NCBI GenBank assembly: GCA_048571215.1
Contig: CP182352.1
Location: 1,152,001-1,216,000 of the forward strand
Length of the DNA: 64,000 bases
Origin: Halarcobacter sp.
GTDB taxonomy: Bacteria > Campylobacterota > Campylobacteria > Campylobacterales > Arcobacteraceae
Reading direction: 5' to 3'
This document shows, one piece after another, positions 19,522 through 30,275 of this stretch. The notes below the pieces were generated by a model. That model did not search any database. It was not told where the DNA came from and saw only the letters and a program-made list of their open reading frames with translations. The first letter of the stretch is position 1. Every line of letters begins with the position of its first letter. Made by a program: the position numbers and the translations under genes.

Positions 19522-20178
19522 ATGTTAATTGTTAATGAAATAGTTGAGAGATTAAAAGATATTTTGAGTAAAGATGGAATGCTTGGAAAAGTTTTTGATA
19601 AAGATGTTGCAACTGCTTTGGATTTGAGTCAAGTAAATTTTGCAACAATGAAAAATAGAGGAAAAATTCCATATTCTAATATTCTTGATTTTTGTGCAAA
19701 GAAAAAGATCTCAATCAACTGGTTACTTTACAATCAAAACCCTGGTTCTTTAGTAGATTCTACTGATAAATATTGGATTAGGTATTATCCAGAAGTAAAT
19801 GTAAGTGCGGGTGGTGGAGCTTTTGAAAGTAATGATGAGTATGAAAGCTTAGAAGTACCTCCTTATTTTATAAATATGTTGGGTGGAAAAGAGAACTTAA
19901 AAAATATTGATGCAATTAATGTAGTAGGAGATTCTATGGAGCCTACCCTAAATAGTGATAATATTATATTTATAGATAAGAGTAAAATAGATGTTGCAAG
20001 GGATGGAATATATGCTTTTACAACAAATCATGGACTTTTTGTAAAAAGAGTACAAAGAAGAGTAGATGGTAAACTTGATGTTATTTCTGATAATAAAGAC
20101 TATCCTATTCAAGTTTTGGCTAAAGATGAATTACAAATAGTTGGTAAAGTTATAAGTACTTTTGGAATGATATATTAA
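19522..20178 (+). CDS. LexA/CI-like repressor: HTH plus S24 autopeptidase
   Basis: CI-like N-domain (SINWLL); VSAGGG Ala-Gly cleavage site; GDSMEP catalytic Ser; VKRV catalytic Lys. Confidence 0.88.
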   Translation: MLIVNEIVERLKDILSKDGMLGKVFDKDVATALDLSQVNFATMKNRGKIPYSNILDFCAKKKISINWLLYNQNPGSLVDSTDKYWIRYYPEVNVSAGGGAFESNDEYESLEVPPYFINMLGGKENLKNIDAINVVGDSMEPTLNSDNIIFIDKSKIDVARDGIYAFTTNHGLFVKRVQRRVDGKLDVISDNKDYPIQVLAKDELQIVGKVISTFGMIY

Positions 20179-21170
20179 AGTAGGGTTGGTTCGTTTAACT
20201 CTTTTGAAATCTCTTCATGAAGTTGTTCGTAACTTGCCCCAATAAAATAAACTGCATTGAATTTTATTTTTTTTAAAAAACTCTTTAGTTCATCTAATGA
20301 GTTAATAAAAGTATAATCAATATCTCTATTGTCATCTATCTCTTGAGTTGTTAGATATAGTATTTGAGCATATTTATATTTATATTTTAAGTATGAGATC
20401 TCTTTTTCTATTAGCTCATCATTCTCTTGTGCAATTAAAAACTTGTCAGTTTTTCCAAAGTCTGTATGATTGATTAATTTATCAACAAAAATAGGCTTTA
20501 GATTATTGAATTTTTTTAGTTTATTTAAATCTGAATCAAAACCTAAATAGCTATATACATCTAAAAATTCTGTTATATATAAACTTGAAATTTTTATTTT
20601 AGAAAAAAATCTCTCTTCATAACTAAAAGTTGTTTCAAATATTGAGTGTTCAATTAGGTTATCAATTTTGTATGTTTTAGTATTAAAGTTAAAGTTTACA
20701 GGATATATGGCGTCTAACGTTGATTGTTCAGAGCAAATTATAGTATCATTTTCTTCTAAATCATCAATAAGTTTGAAAAACCTAGATAGATTTTTTGGTA
20801 TTAGTTTTATATTTGTATGTACATTGTTTTTTTTCAAAATCTTAAAAAGAGAATATGAAGCATCATTACAATAAAAAGCTGTAAGTCTTTTATTTGATAA
20901 AAGATATCTGATAAGTTTTTTAATAGCTTCTTGAACATCATTAACTTTTATCCAAGCTATCTCTTTATCACTTATTTCTACATCCTCATCAACAATTAAT
21001 GCAAATGCTCCATTTTCTAAAGCTAATGAAATATCTTCTTTATTTTGAACTACAAATAAATCAGATTCTTTTATTTTATTAGGGTTGGTTTTGATGGTGT
21101 ATATAAATGATATTGATGGAGAGTTTAATAACTTTCCATCAACAATATCTAAAATAGATGTTATTTGCAC
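20175..21170 (-). CDS. Conserved hypothetical protein (Mur-ligase-like N-terminus)
   Basis: 331-aa ORF coupled to metG; N-terminal IKESDLFV...ALENGAFALI resembles a MurF N-domain. Confidence 0.65.
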   Translation of the reverse strand: MQITSILDIVDGKLLNSPSISFIYTIKTNPNKIKESDLFVVQNKEDISLALENGAFALIVDEDVEISDKEIAWIKVNDVQEAIKKLIRYLLSNKRLTAFYCNDASYSLFKILKKNNVHTNIKLIPKNLSRFFKLIDDLEENDTIICSEQSTLDAIYPVNFNFNTKTYKIDNLIEHSIFETTFSYEERFFSKIKISSLYITEFLDVYSYLGFDSDLNKLKKFNNLKPIFVDKLINHTDFGKTDKFLIAQENDELIEKEISYLKYKYKYAQILYLTTQEIDDNRDIDYTFINSLDELKSFLKKIKFNAVYFIGASYEQLHEEISKELNEPTLL

Positions 21171-23146
21171 TAGCTTATTTTTGTTCCAATTTTTTTAGGA
21201 GATTCTGGTCTTATTAAACATAAGCCATCTTCATCCTTTGCTGCCATAAGCATACCTTCACTTAGCATACCCATAAGCTTTGCAGGTTTTAGGTTTGCTA
21301 CTACACAAGCTTGAGTTCCAACTAAAGACTCAGGAGTATAAAACTCTTTTATACCTGCAAGGATTTGTCTATTTCTTCCTTCACCTAAATCAACTTGTAG
21401 TTTTAAAAGCTTTTTAGATTTTGGTACCTCTTGGGCTTCTACAATAGTTCCAACTTTTAGTGTAGTTTCAAAAAATTTATCAATAGTAATAAGGTTATCT
21501 TCTTCCTCTTCAACTATTTCCTCTTTTTTATTTTTTTTATTTTTTTTAGATGATTTTTCTTCTATCTCTGTTTTTGTAACCTCAGATACTTTTGCCTGTT
21601 CCAATAAAATCTCTTCAATTCTTGGGAAAAGTTGTTCAACTTTTGTAATTGTAGTTTCACTTAGTAACTCTTTATTTACAATAAGTTTATTGTATGTATC
21701 TGTGTTGATTTGAATCCCTAAAGAGCTTGCAATTTTAGAGATTTTTTCAGGCATAACAGCATCTAAAAGTAGGGCAACTTTTGCCATAATATTTGTAATA
21801 AGTGCAACCAATGCCATAGCTTCATCAGTTTTTCCCTCTTTCATTTTTGCCCAAGGTTCATAATCTCCAATTGCTTTATTTGCAATTGTTAAAACCTTCC
21901 AAATATCTTCAAGGTATCTATTTAGTTGCATTTTAAAAATATAATCTTCTACATTGTCTAAAATAGAATTAACTTCGTCTAACTCTTTTTGATGGTATTT
22001 TTCAACATCTTTTGAATCAATTTTAAAATCAAAATATTTACCACTCATTCCAGAGATTCTATTAAGTAAGTTCCCTAAATCATTTCCTAAATCAGAATTG
22101 ATTCTATCTATTAATGCTTTTTGTGAAAAGTCTCCATCTTGTCCAAAAGGTACTTCTCTTAACATAAAATATCTAAAAGCATCTAAACCATAGGCATCTG
22201 CTACTTCTTTTGGATTTACTACGTTCCCTTTTGATTTAGACATCTTTTCCCCATCTCTTGTCCACCAACCATGTGCAGCTATGTGATCAGGAAGTGGTAA
22301 GTCTAAAGACATTAAAAATGCAGGCCAATAAATAGAGTGAAATCTTAAAATATCTTTTCCCACAAGATGAACTTTACATGGCCAAAAGTCCATATTTTCT
22401 TCTGTTGTTCCATATCCTAAAGCTGTGATATAGTTCATTAGGGCATCTAGCCAAACATACATTACATGATTTGGCTCATTAATAGAATCAGGAAGTTTTA
22501 CACCCCAATCAAAAGAGGTTCTAGAAATAGATAGATCTTTTAATCCACCCTTTACAAAATTTACAATCTCATTTTTTTTAGATCTTGGTAAAATACAATC
22601 TTCATTCTCTTCATACCATTTTAAAAGTTTATCTTCATATTTTGATAATTTAAAAAAGAAACTCTCTTCTTTTACTATATTTGTTGGTTTCCCACAATCT
22701 GGACAAAATTGTTCATCAACTAGTTGTTTTTCGGTAAAAAAAGTCTCACAAGATACACAGTAAAAACCTTCATATTCACCCTTATAAATATCACCTTTTT
22801 CATACATTCTTTCAAAGGCTTTTTGAACCCCAAGTTTATGTTCTTCATCTGTTGTTCGAATAAACTTATCGTATGAGATATCAAAATCATCCCAAAGTTG
22901 TCTAAACTTCCCAGATACTTCATCTGCATACTCTTTTGCAGTTTTACCTCTAGCTTCAGCACTTTGAGCGATTTTTTGACCATGCTCATCAGTTCCAGTT
23001 AAAAGATATGTGTTGTATCCAGTAAGTCTTGAATATCTAGCTAACATATCTGCAATAATTGTTGTATACGCATGCCCAATATGAGCCACATCATTTACAT
23101 AATAAATTGGTGTAGTGATATAAACATTTTTACAACTATTTTCCAT
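21170..23146 (-). CDS. metG: Methionine--tRNA ligase
   Basis: HIGH (AHIGHAY), KMSKS, Zn knuckle, C-terminal tRNA-binding domain. Confidence 0.97.
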   Translation of the reverse strand: MENSCKNVYITTPIYYVNDVAHIGHAYTTIIADMLARYSRLTGYNTYLLTGTDEHGQKIAQSAEARGKTAKEYADEVSGKFRQLWDDFDISYDKFIRTTDEEHKLGVQKAFERMYEKGDIYKGEYEGFYCVSCETFFTEKQLVDEQFCPDCGKPTNIVKEESFFFKLSKYEDKLLKWYEENEDCILPRSKKNEIVNFVKGGLKDLSISRTSFDWGVKLPDSINEPNHVMYVWLDALMNYITALGYGTTEENMDFWPCKVHLVGKDILRFHSIYWPAFLMSLDLPLPDHIAAHGWWTRDGEKMSKSKGNVVNPKEVADAYGLDAFRYFMLREVPFGQDGDFSQKALIDRINSDLGNDLGNLLNRISGMSGKYFDFKIDSKDVEKYHQKELDEVNSILDNVEDYIFKMQLNRYLEDIWKVLTIANKAIGDYEPWAKMKEGKTDEAMALVALITNIMAKVALLLDAVMPEKISKIASSLGIQINTDTYNKLIVNKELLSETTITKVEQLFPRIEEILLEQAKVSEVTKTEIEEKSSKKNKKNKKEEIVEEEEDNLITIDKFFETTLKVGTIVEAQEVPKSKKLLKLQVDLGEGRNRQILAGIKEFYTPESLVGTQACVVANLKPAKLMGMLSEGMLMAAKDEDGLCLIRPESPKKIGTKIS

Positions 23147-23169
23147 TAATATTCCTCTTTTTATATTTA

Positions 23170-23391
23170 TTAAAATTCAAATCCACCACCAGCACCTTTA
23201 CTCATAGATTCATAAACGGCTAGTACATATTTTTTTCTTAATTCACAATCAAAAAAATTTTCACAAAAATTCTCTTGTGATTTACATGATTGAACACCAA
23301 ACTTTTCCTCTTGGCACTTTTTTAATTCTAAAAGTACTTCTTCAAGGCTCTCTTCCCATTTATCTAAAGTTTGATTATCTTGCATTATCAC
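23170..23391 (-). CDS. Small Cys-containing conserved hypothetical protein
   Basis: CQ...SC...C...[19 protein letters not shown]. Confidence 0.75.
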   Translation of the reverse strand: MIMQDNQTLDKWEESLEEVLLELKKCQEEKFGVQSCKSQENFCENFFDCELRKKYVLAVYESMSKGAGGGFEF

Positions 23392-24223
23392 TATAAACTT
23401 TTAATACTCGATTAATTTCACTTAAAGAGCCAAAAAAACATGGTGTTGTATCATGAATATGTGTAGTTTCTACTTCAAATACAGATTTTTCTCCATCAAT
23501 AGCATCTCCACCTGCACATTTGTAAGTAAAAGCAAAAGGGAAAACCTCAAAAAGTTGTCTAAGTTTGCCTTTTGGTTTATCAGAAGTACCAGGATAAGAG
23601 AACAAGCCACCACCTTTTAGTAAAATTTGGTGTAAATCAGGAACCATTCCTCCTGAATATCTTAAATAGTAACCATCTTTAAACATCTCATTTACTAAAG
23701 TTTTATGTGTTTGAGTCCAATTCATTTGAGTTGAACCTGTAGCATTTAAACTACCTGAGTCATTAAGTTTAATATCTTTTATATATTTGAACTCTTCATT
23801 AGAAAGTCTAAATAGTTGCACTTTGTTATCTTTTGCAATCACCATTTCAACCCTTGGTCCAAATACTACATATACAGAAGCAATAATATTTTTTGCATTG
23901 AATTCATTTTTATAGATACCATAAATTGAACCAACTGATAGGTTAACATCTACAAGAGATGAACCATCAAGAGGGTCATAGGCTATTAGGTATTCTCCGT
24001 TTTCATTTAAAGAAACAATACTCTCTTGCTCTTCACTAACTATGGCTTTAATACTAGGAATTGTTTTAAAAATCTTTTCAATTATAATATCACTTGCAAT
24101 ATCAAGTTTTAATTGAGTATCTCCTGTTGAGTTTTCATTTTCACTTTTTGCAGTATCACCTAATAAAATTACCTCTTTTATCTCTTTACTTGCTATTTTT
24201 ATAGCTTGAAAAATCTCTTCCAT
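23375..24223 (-). CDS. fbp: Fructose-1,6-bisphosphatase class 1
   Basis: [27 protein letters not shown]. Confidence 0.95.
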   Translation of the reverse strand: MEEIFQAIKIASKEIKEVILLGDTAKSENENSTGDTQLKLDIASDIIIEKIFKTIPSIKAIVSEEQESIVSLNENGEYLIAYDPLDGSSLVDVNLSVGSIYGIYKNEFNAKNIIASVYVVFGPRVEMVIAKDNKVQLFRLSNEEFKYIKDIKLNDSGSLNATGSTQMNWTQTHKTLVNEMFKDGYYLRYSGGMVPDLHQILLKGGGLFSYPGTSDKPKGKLRQLFEVFPFAFTYKCAGGDAIDGEKSVFEVETTHIHDTTPCFFGSLSEINRVLKVYSDNAR

Positions 24224-24744
24224 TAAACTCTCTTTGCATTTTTTTCTATCCAGAGTATTATATTTTCTGGATCATTTAAATCTAGTTTATCAATACTATT
24301 TGGTATCTCATGTGAAGATATAGTCTCATCATGGGTAATAGCATTGGTAACTTGAAAATAACTCTCATCAAGTCTATTTCTAAAAATTGAAATTCTTGGT
24401 AAATCAAGAGTTTTTAAGCCTTCAACTAATAGATAATCAAAATCACCAAATAGTGAAATTAATTCATCAATACTTGAAGTGTTTTGTTTAAAAATAGTTG
24501 TTCTTTTTGAACTAACAACAGCTACATCAGCTTTTGTTTCACTAAATTTAAAACTATCTTTTCCTGGTTTGTCAAAGATTGCTTTGTCTTTTGGGTCATG
24601 TTTTATAATACAAACTTTAAAACCTTTATCTTGTAATATATTTGAAATTTTTACAATAAGGGTTGTTTTGCCACTATTTGAAGGACCACTAAAAGCAACT
24701 ACTAATTTTTTATACTCTTTTTTCATAGTTAATATTCTATCCAA
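24223..24744 (-). CDS. mobB: Molybdopterin-guanine dinucleotide biosynthesis protein B
   Basis: [22 protein letters not shown]; the start may be ATG at 24726. Confidence 0.93.
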   Translation of the reverse strand: MDRILTMKKEYKKLVVAFSGPSNSGKTTLIVKISNILQDKGFKVCIIKHDPKDKAIFDKPGKDSFKFSETKADVAVVSSKRTTIFKQNTSSIDELISLFGDFDYLLVEGLKTLDLPRISIFRNRLDESYFQVTNAITHDETISSHEIPNSIDKLDLNDPENIILWIEKNAKRV

Positions 24745-24886
24745 AGCATAGTTAAATTATCTTTACAACGAATCATAATCTTGTTTTTTGTAGACTATAT
24801 TAAAAGTTTAATTTTTATCTATATTTTTCAGATGAAATTATTATTTTTTTAGTATAATAAAATTTATATACCGTAAAGTAAGAGAA

Positions 24887-26812
24887 TTGGGAATGATTTC
24901 AGAATTATTTAAAAAAACAGACATGGATGATGCTATAAAAGTTTTAGAGACTAAGGTCTTTAATGAATCAAAGGCAAATTCTATGTTTAAAAAACTAGAA
25001 GATATAACTATAACAGATAATAAAAATCAAAATCTTATTCATAAAATGGCAGAAAAAAATAAAATCGATGCGATAATTTGGTTAAAAGAAAAAGGTGTTG
25101 ATTTTTCATTAGAGGATAATGAAGGACAAACCCCTTTAATGATTGCTGCTAAAAAAGGTTATATAGAACTAATCAAAATCTTAATAAATTTTGGAGCTGA
25201 TCCAGAATATAGAAATAAAGAGAGAAGAATAGCCTTACAAGAGGCGGCAAAAAGTGCAAATATTGATGCTTATTGTACTTTAAGTAGAATAACACAAAAT
25301 AAAAATAATGTAGATTCTGAAGGGAAAAATGCTTTTTTTGATGCCATAACAAGTATGAGTGAAAATATGATAAAAGAGACTCTTTTAGATGAAAATATAG
25401 ATAAAGAGATTACTGATACTGATGGGAATAGGGCTATTTTTTTAGAACCTTCATATATGAATCCAGAGATTACGACATTACTTATAAAATATGGAATAGA
25501 TTTAACCCATAAAGATTTTGATGGTAGAACAATACTTTTTTATATTTTAGACAATCCAAAAGAAAAAATAGATATTTTTAAAAAGATTGTTATACGATAT
25601 GAGGGGATTTTAAATCAAACAGATATCCATGGTGACTCTTTGTTACATTATGCTGTTAAAAATTTATTAGAAAAACAGACTATAAATCCACAAGACCCTG
25701 TTTGTCAATTAATCAAAATTATGTTTGATTATGAAATAGAATCTACAATTATAAATACAGAAGGTTATAGTGCCTTTGAATTAGCATTAGAATCAGAACG
25801 TGTTGAAATAATAGAACTATTTTTGAAAAATTTTTATGATCCAAATATTGTAAATAAAGATGGGGAAACTCCACTTAGTTTGATGGCATTAAAAGGGAAA
25901 AAATATAAAGATATAATCACTTTACTTTTATCTTATGGAGCAAATCCAAATATTAAGAACAAAGATGGTGAGACAGTTATAGAAAAGTTAATTAGTATAG
26001 AACTATATTTTTCTGATAATAAAAAAATATCTTCAAAATTAAGACAAATAATTCCAGAAAAAAATGAAGGTTATCTTTCTATCATTGAACAAATAATCTA
26101 TAATTCGGAAGCAAATCTACGTCAATTAAATTCAAAAGGTGAACCATATTTTTTTGATGCGGTACTCCATGGAAATATGGAGATTGTAAAAATACTTACC
26201 TATTTTGGTGCAGATATAAATCAAGTTGGTGCAACGGGATTAAATATAATATATGTCTTGATGGAAAAATATAAGGATGTTACAATTAAAAACAATGTTT
26301 TAAAGTTTCATGATACTCTTAGAAATATTATTTTTTTAGGTGCCAATGTTAATGCAAGAGATAATTATGGAGGTATTACCTTACATAAGGCTATTTTAGA
26401 CCATGACATAAGTATTGTGAAAATACTTTTATCTTCAGGAGCTGATATTAGAGCTATTGATAATAGAGGTAGAAATATGATTCATAATTGTATCTGGAAG
26501 GCAAAAGTTAAGACTCTTAGATTTATATACTCACAAAATAATAAACTTTTAAATCTAGAAGATAAGTTTGGAGTTTTACCTATACATTATGCTGCTTTTT
26601 TAGGTTATACTGATTTGGTTTTAGAGTTAATAAATTTAGGCTCTCATGTTAGTTCTTATACTGTAAAAACAGAGTATATTAAACGATTTTTATTAAGATT
26701 TAACAAAAACATATCTTCTTTAGAAGAAAATGCCAAAAATATTGCAGAGAAGAATAAAATTGCAACTTTGGTTGGTAATATGAAAGAGGAGTTTTCTTTA
26801 GAGAATATATAA
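24887..26812 (+). CDS. Ankyrin-repeat protein
   Basis: Many G-TPL/LH-A...GA(D/N) repeats (GQTPLMIAA, GETPLS, GITLHKAI, LPIHYAA). Confidence 0.88.
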   Translation: MGMISELFKKTDMDDAIKVLETKVFNESKANSMFKKLEDITITDNKNQNLIHKMAEKNKIDAIIWLKEKGVDFSLEDNEGQTPLMIAAKKGYIELIKILINFGADPEYRNKERRIALQEAAKSANIDAYCTLSRITQNKNNVDSEGKNAFFDAITSMSENMIKETLLDENIDKEITDTDGNRAIFLEPSYMNPEITTLLIKYGIDLTHKDFDGRTILFYILDNPKEKIDIFKKIVIRYEGILNQTDIHGDSLLHYAVKNLLEKQTINPQDPVCQLIKIMFDYEIESTIINTEGYSAFELALESERVEIIELFLKNFYDPNIVNKDGETPLSLMALKGKKYKDIITLLLSYGANPNIKNKDGETVIEKLISIELYFSDNKKISSKLRQIIPEKNEGYLSIIEQIIYNSEANLRQLNSKGEPYFFDAVLHGNMEIVKILTYFGADINQVGATGLNIIYVLMEKYKDVTIKNNVLKFHDTLRNIIFLGANVNARDNYGGITLHKAILDHDISIVKILLSSGADIRAIDNRGRNMIHNCIWKAKVKTLRFIYSQNNKLLNLEDKFGVLPIHYAAFLGYTDLVLELINLGSHVSSYTVKTEYIKRFLLRFNKNISSLEENAKNIAEKNKIATLVGNMKEEFSLENI

Positions 26813-26829
26813 TTATCAAAGTATTTTTA

Positions 26830-27369
26830 ATGTACAATTTTGTTCAACAAAATTTAGGATTTTTAATGAAAATAATTAATATATTACCTCTTACTCTTTT
26901 TATCTCTTTATTTTTTACTGCTTGTTCTGAAAAAACAAATGCGATGAGATATTTTAATGATAGCACAAGACAGAGTATAAACTCTATTCAGTTTACTCAA
27001 AAAGTTGACCTTCTTTTAAATAATCAAAATGAAGTAACAATAATAGCTTCCTATTTAAATGAAATTGATAAAGAGTTTAAGAGTGATAATTATGATACTT
27101 TTTTAGTAGCTATTCAAATATTTAATAATGTAAATCTTTTTAAAGATAGATTTAAGATTTTATTAGATGGTAAAAGACCAGTATCTTATGAAAAGATTGA
27201 TAATAGTAGTGATCTAATAAAAAAGATATCATTAAAAAATCATTGGGCAAAGTATTATTTAGTAAAATTTAAAAAAGAAGTTAAAAAGAATAATATTTTA
27301 AATTTGACAATATCTCATAGTAGACTTGGAGAAACAACTATAGCATTTGGAAAAGAGAAGAGGCTTTAA
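26830..27369 (+). CDS. Putative lipoprotein
   Basis: Signal peptide ending in the lipobox FTAC; the start is probably ATG 26866. Confidence 0.7.
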   Translation: MYNFVQQNLGFLMKIINILPLTLFISLFFTACSEKTNAMRYFNDSTRQSINSIQFTQKVDLLLNNQNEVTIIASYLNEIDKEFKSDNYDTFLVAIQIFNNVNLFKDRFKILLDGKRPVSYEKIDNSSDLIKKISLKNHWAKYYLVKFKKEVKKNNILNLTISHSRLGETTIAFGKEKRL

Positions 27370-28732
27370 TTTTCTCTTTATCCTCTTGTAAACTATTATA
27401 GTATAAATAGTAGTTTACAAAATACTTATCAAAATCCTCAAACAAAAAAGATAAAAATTCAAATTTTATTATCTTGTCTAAATTCTCATCAAAATCTTGT
27501 GGTGATTTATTGTAATTATATTTGATAAAGGTATTAAAAGGGTTTATTTTTTCTTGTTTTAAACTATCTAAATAACTTAAAAAATACTCTATATTTGTTT
27601 GAGCTTCAAACTGTTTTATTAAAGATTGAGATTTATTTAAATATTTCTCAATCTTTTTTATATTATTTAGACTCAATTGTGTTAAACCTAGTCTAAAATC
27701 ACTTGAGATTTTATCCTCACTGAAATCTGAATTTACTTTTATAGTAGAGTAAAGTAGGGCTTTGTTTTCCTTTGATAAGTTTTCATATTTATCTATATAC
27801 TCTAAGGTATTTAATGTTGGTTGGATAATACTATTTTCTAAAATTTCATTGGCATAAAATGAGTATATATTTAGTTTTTGCATAGAAGTTATATTTTCTA
27901 AAATAGAACTGTCTTTAGTGATAAAATATTTAAAAAATTCAAGTTTCTCTTTATAAAGATAAGCGTAATTTGCTTCTAAATTTTCTAAAAGTTCATAAGC
28001 TTTATTTAAATCATTTTTTTTAATATTGTATAAACATAATAAAAATTTAGTATTTGCATCTAACTCTTCTAAGTTAATATCCTCAAGGTGTTGTTGTAAA
28101 TTTGTAAGTTTTTCATCAGTAATAATTGTTTGAATAAGTTTATTATACATAGCTTTATTAGATTTTATTCTATTTAGAGTTTTTGAGGGGATTTTATAAT
28201 TAAAATAATCTCTTCTAAATTCTGTTGTAACATTAAAAAAAATATCATAAAAGGTATCCACATCACTTATTATAAGTTTTGTAAAAGGGATTGCAGATGA
28301 TAAAATCTTAACTTTTTTTATAAGCTTTGGATATCTATTATCTAAATTTTGTAGTACTAGTTTCAAATCATAAGTAGAGAGTGTTGATATCTCTTTTATA
28401 TCTAAACCTACTGCGATGCAGTCAGCATAAGAGTAAACCAATTCTTTTGTTGGAGCTTCTAGACACTGTGAAACTGCTAGTGTTTCATCATTTTTAAACT
28501 TTTTTGCAAAGTTATGAAATAGGGGCATATTCATATTATCTATAAGTGAAAGTGTTTCAAAAGCTTGCTTTGGTGTAGTATAATCAAGTTTTAAAAACTC
28601 ATTAATATAAAAGTCTCTTTTTAAGCCCTTTGGTAAGTTTTTTATTTGTTCAAAAATTAAAGTTTTTTCTTCTAAAATTTCAGCTTTTAAAAAGCATGAA
28701 AAGGTTAATAAAAATAGAAGAAAAAACCTCAT
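27338..28732 (-). CDS. Soluble lytic transglycosylase-like exported protein, catalytic motifs degenerate
   Basis: Signal peptide; PKGLKRDFYI N-terminus; ALLYSTIKVNSDF...LGLTQ echoes SLT motifs I and II; lies directly downstream of yggT. Confidence 0.6.
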   Translation of the reverse strand: MRFFLLFLLTFSCFLKAEILEEKTLIFEQIKNLPKGLKRDFYINEFLKLDYTTPKQAFETLSLIDNMNMPLFHNFAKKFKNDETLAVSQCLEAPTKELVYSYADCIAVGLDIKEISTLSTYDLKLVLQNLDNRYPKLIKKVKILSSAIPFTKLIISDVDTFYDIFFNVTTEFRRDYFNYKIPSKTLNRIKSNKAMYNKLIQTIITDEKLTNLQQHLEDINLEELDANTKFLLCLYNIKKNDLNKAYELLENLEANYAYLYKEKLEFFKYFITKDSSILENITSMQKLNIYSFYANEILENSIIQPTLNTLEYIDKYENLSKENKALLYSTIKVNSDFSEDKISSDFRLGLTQLSLNNIKKIEKYLNKSQSLIKQFEAQTNIEYFLSYLDSLKQEKINPFNTFIKYNYNKSPQDFDENLDKIIKFEFLSFLFEDFDKYFVNYYLYYNSLQEDKEKIKASSLFQML

Positions 28733-28733
28733 A

Positions 28734-29012
28734 TTACATACTCATAAATAGTTTCCCTAAAAATGTTTCTAGGAAAATTAGTGCAAAAATAATAATTATT
28801 GGAGCAAAATCCATTCCCCCAATAACTGTAGGTATAAATCTTCTAACTAGGGCATAAGCAGGCTCAGTTAGTCTATATAACATCTGTACAATAGGGTTAT
28901 AAGGATCTGGTCTAACCCAAGATAGAATTGCAGAAATAATAATAACCCACTTGTATAAAAATATAATACCTAATATAACAGTAAATAATGAACTTAACAA
29001 TGCATCAATCAT
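28734..29012 (-). CDS. yggT: YggT family membrane protein
   Basis: [27 protein letters not shown]. Confidence 0.93.
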   Translation of the reverse strand: MIDALLSSLFTVILGIIFLYKWVIIISAILSWVRPDPYNPIVQMLYRLTEPAYALVRRFIPTVIGGMDFAPIIIIFALIFLETFLGKLFMSM

Positions 29013-30274
29013 TTTATAATCTCTCCTAAATAGTTTTTAATATATGGATAAATATCAGAAATATTTGCTCCATTATTACGACCTGTTAAAATATATTTTA
29101 GTGGTTCCAATAGTTTTTCTCCACTTAATGCAGTTTTTTGAGAAATATATTTTTCAAGTTCGTCAAAATCGTTAAAAAATGGCGCATCTTGCATACAAAG
29201 TTTTAACTCCACAAACTCATCTTCAAATCCGATACAAGTAGATTTAGGAGAAAAAATTAAGTCTATTTTCTCTTTTATCTCTTTTATTGTACTAGCTTCT
29301 TGTAAAAAAAGTTTTCCAAGTTTTCCTATATCAGCATCTGCAAAACCTAAGATTTTTGATAATCTCATCTCATCAATTGTTTCAAGATGTTTTTTATTTA
29401 TAAATTTTAGTTTTTCAATATCAAATTTTGTAGCTTCTTTTGAGATGTTTTTTATATCAAACCATTCTATAGCTTCTTCCAAAGAGAAAATTTCATTTGG
29501 AGTTTTATTTCCTAAGAGAACTAAATAGTTTGCAATGGCACTTGGTAAAAAACCCTCATCTATAAGTGATTTAACTGAGATTTTATCTGAAATAGTTGGT
29601 AAATGAATATAATTAATTTTTTTATCATATCCTAAAAGCTTTCTAAGATATATCTGTTTTGCAGTATTTGCTATATTCTTTTCATCTTTTATAACAATTG
29701 AGATATCGTATAACATATCATCAACTCCACAAGCATAATTATATGTAGGAGTTTTATCATGATTTAATATGATAAATGAGTCTATATCTAAAGGTGTATA
29801 TTCAAAATCTCTATTTAATAAATCAGTAAACTTTATATTTTCATTAGCTTTTGTAACTCTTACTGTAAATGGTGAATTTACATTTAAAACTGTTTCATCT
29901 GAAAGTTTTTCACAAAAACCATCATATACAAAAGGTTTTCCCTCTTTTTTTGCTTCTTCTTTTAGTTCATCTAGTTTCTCATCACTACAAAAACATGCAA
30001 AGGCTTTTTTCTTTGCCATAAGTTGCATCGCAAGTTTTTGGTGGTATTTTAGATTTTCACTTTGATAAGCAACTTGTTCAAAGTCAATAGAAAAAAGATT
30101 TAATAAATCTAAAATCTCTTTATCTTTCCCCTCAATATTTTTTTCTTTTTGTGTATCTTTTACTCGAATAAGCAGTTTTTCGTTTTTTTGTTTAGATATA
30201 ATATGATTAAATACTGCTTTTCTTAGATCTTCTATGTGCATATCAGCAGTTGGACTTAAGGCAAATCTTAACAA
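29009..30274 (-). CDS. gltX2: Glutamate--tRNA ligase 2 paralog with degenerate catalytic motifs
   Basis: [34 protein letters not shown], anticodon domain. HIGH motif altered and KMSKR absent. Confidence 0.85.
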   Translation of the reverse strand: MLRFALSPTADMHIEDLRKAVFNHIISKQKNEKLLIRVKDTQKEKNIEGKDKEILDLLNLFSIDFEQVAYQSENLKYHQKLAMQLMAKKKAFACFCSDEKLDELKEEAKKEGKPFVYDGFCEKLSDETVLNVNSPFTVRVTKANENIKFTDLLNRDFEYTPLDIDSFIILNHDKTPTYNYACGVDDMLYDISIVIKDEKNIANTAKQIYLRKLLGYDKKINYIHLPTISDKISVKSLIDEGFLPSAIANYLVLLGNKTPNEIFSLEEAIEWFDIKNISKEATKFDIEKLKFINKKHLETIDEMRLSKILGFADADIGKLGKLFLQEASTIKEIKEKIDLIFSPKSTCIGFEDEFVELKLCMQDAPFFNDFDELEKYISQKTALSGEKLLEPLKYILTGRNNGANISDIYPYIKNYLGEIIK

Positions 30275-30275
30275 T

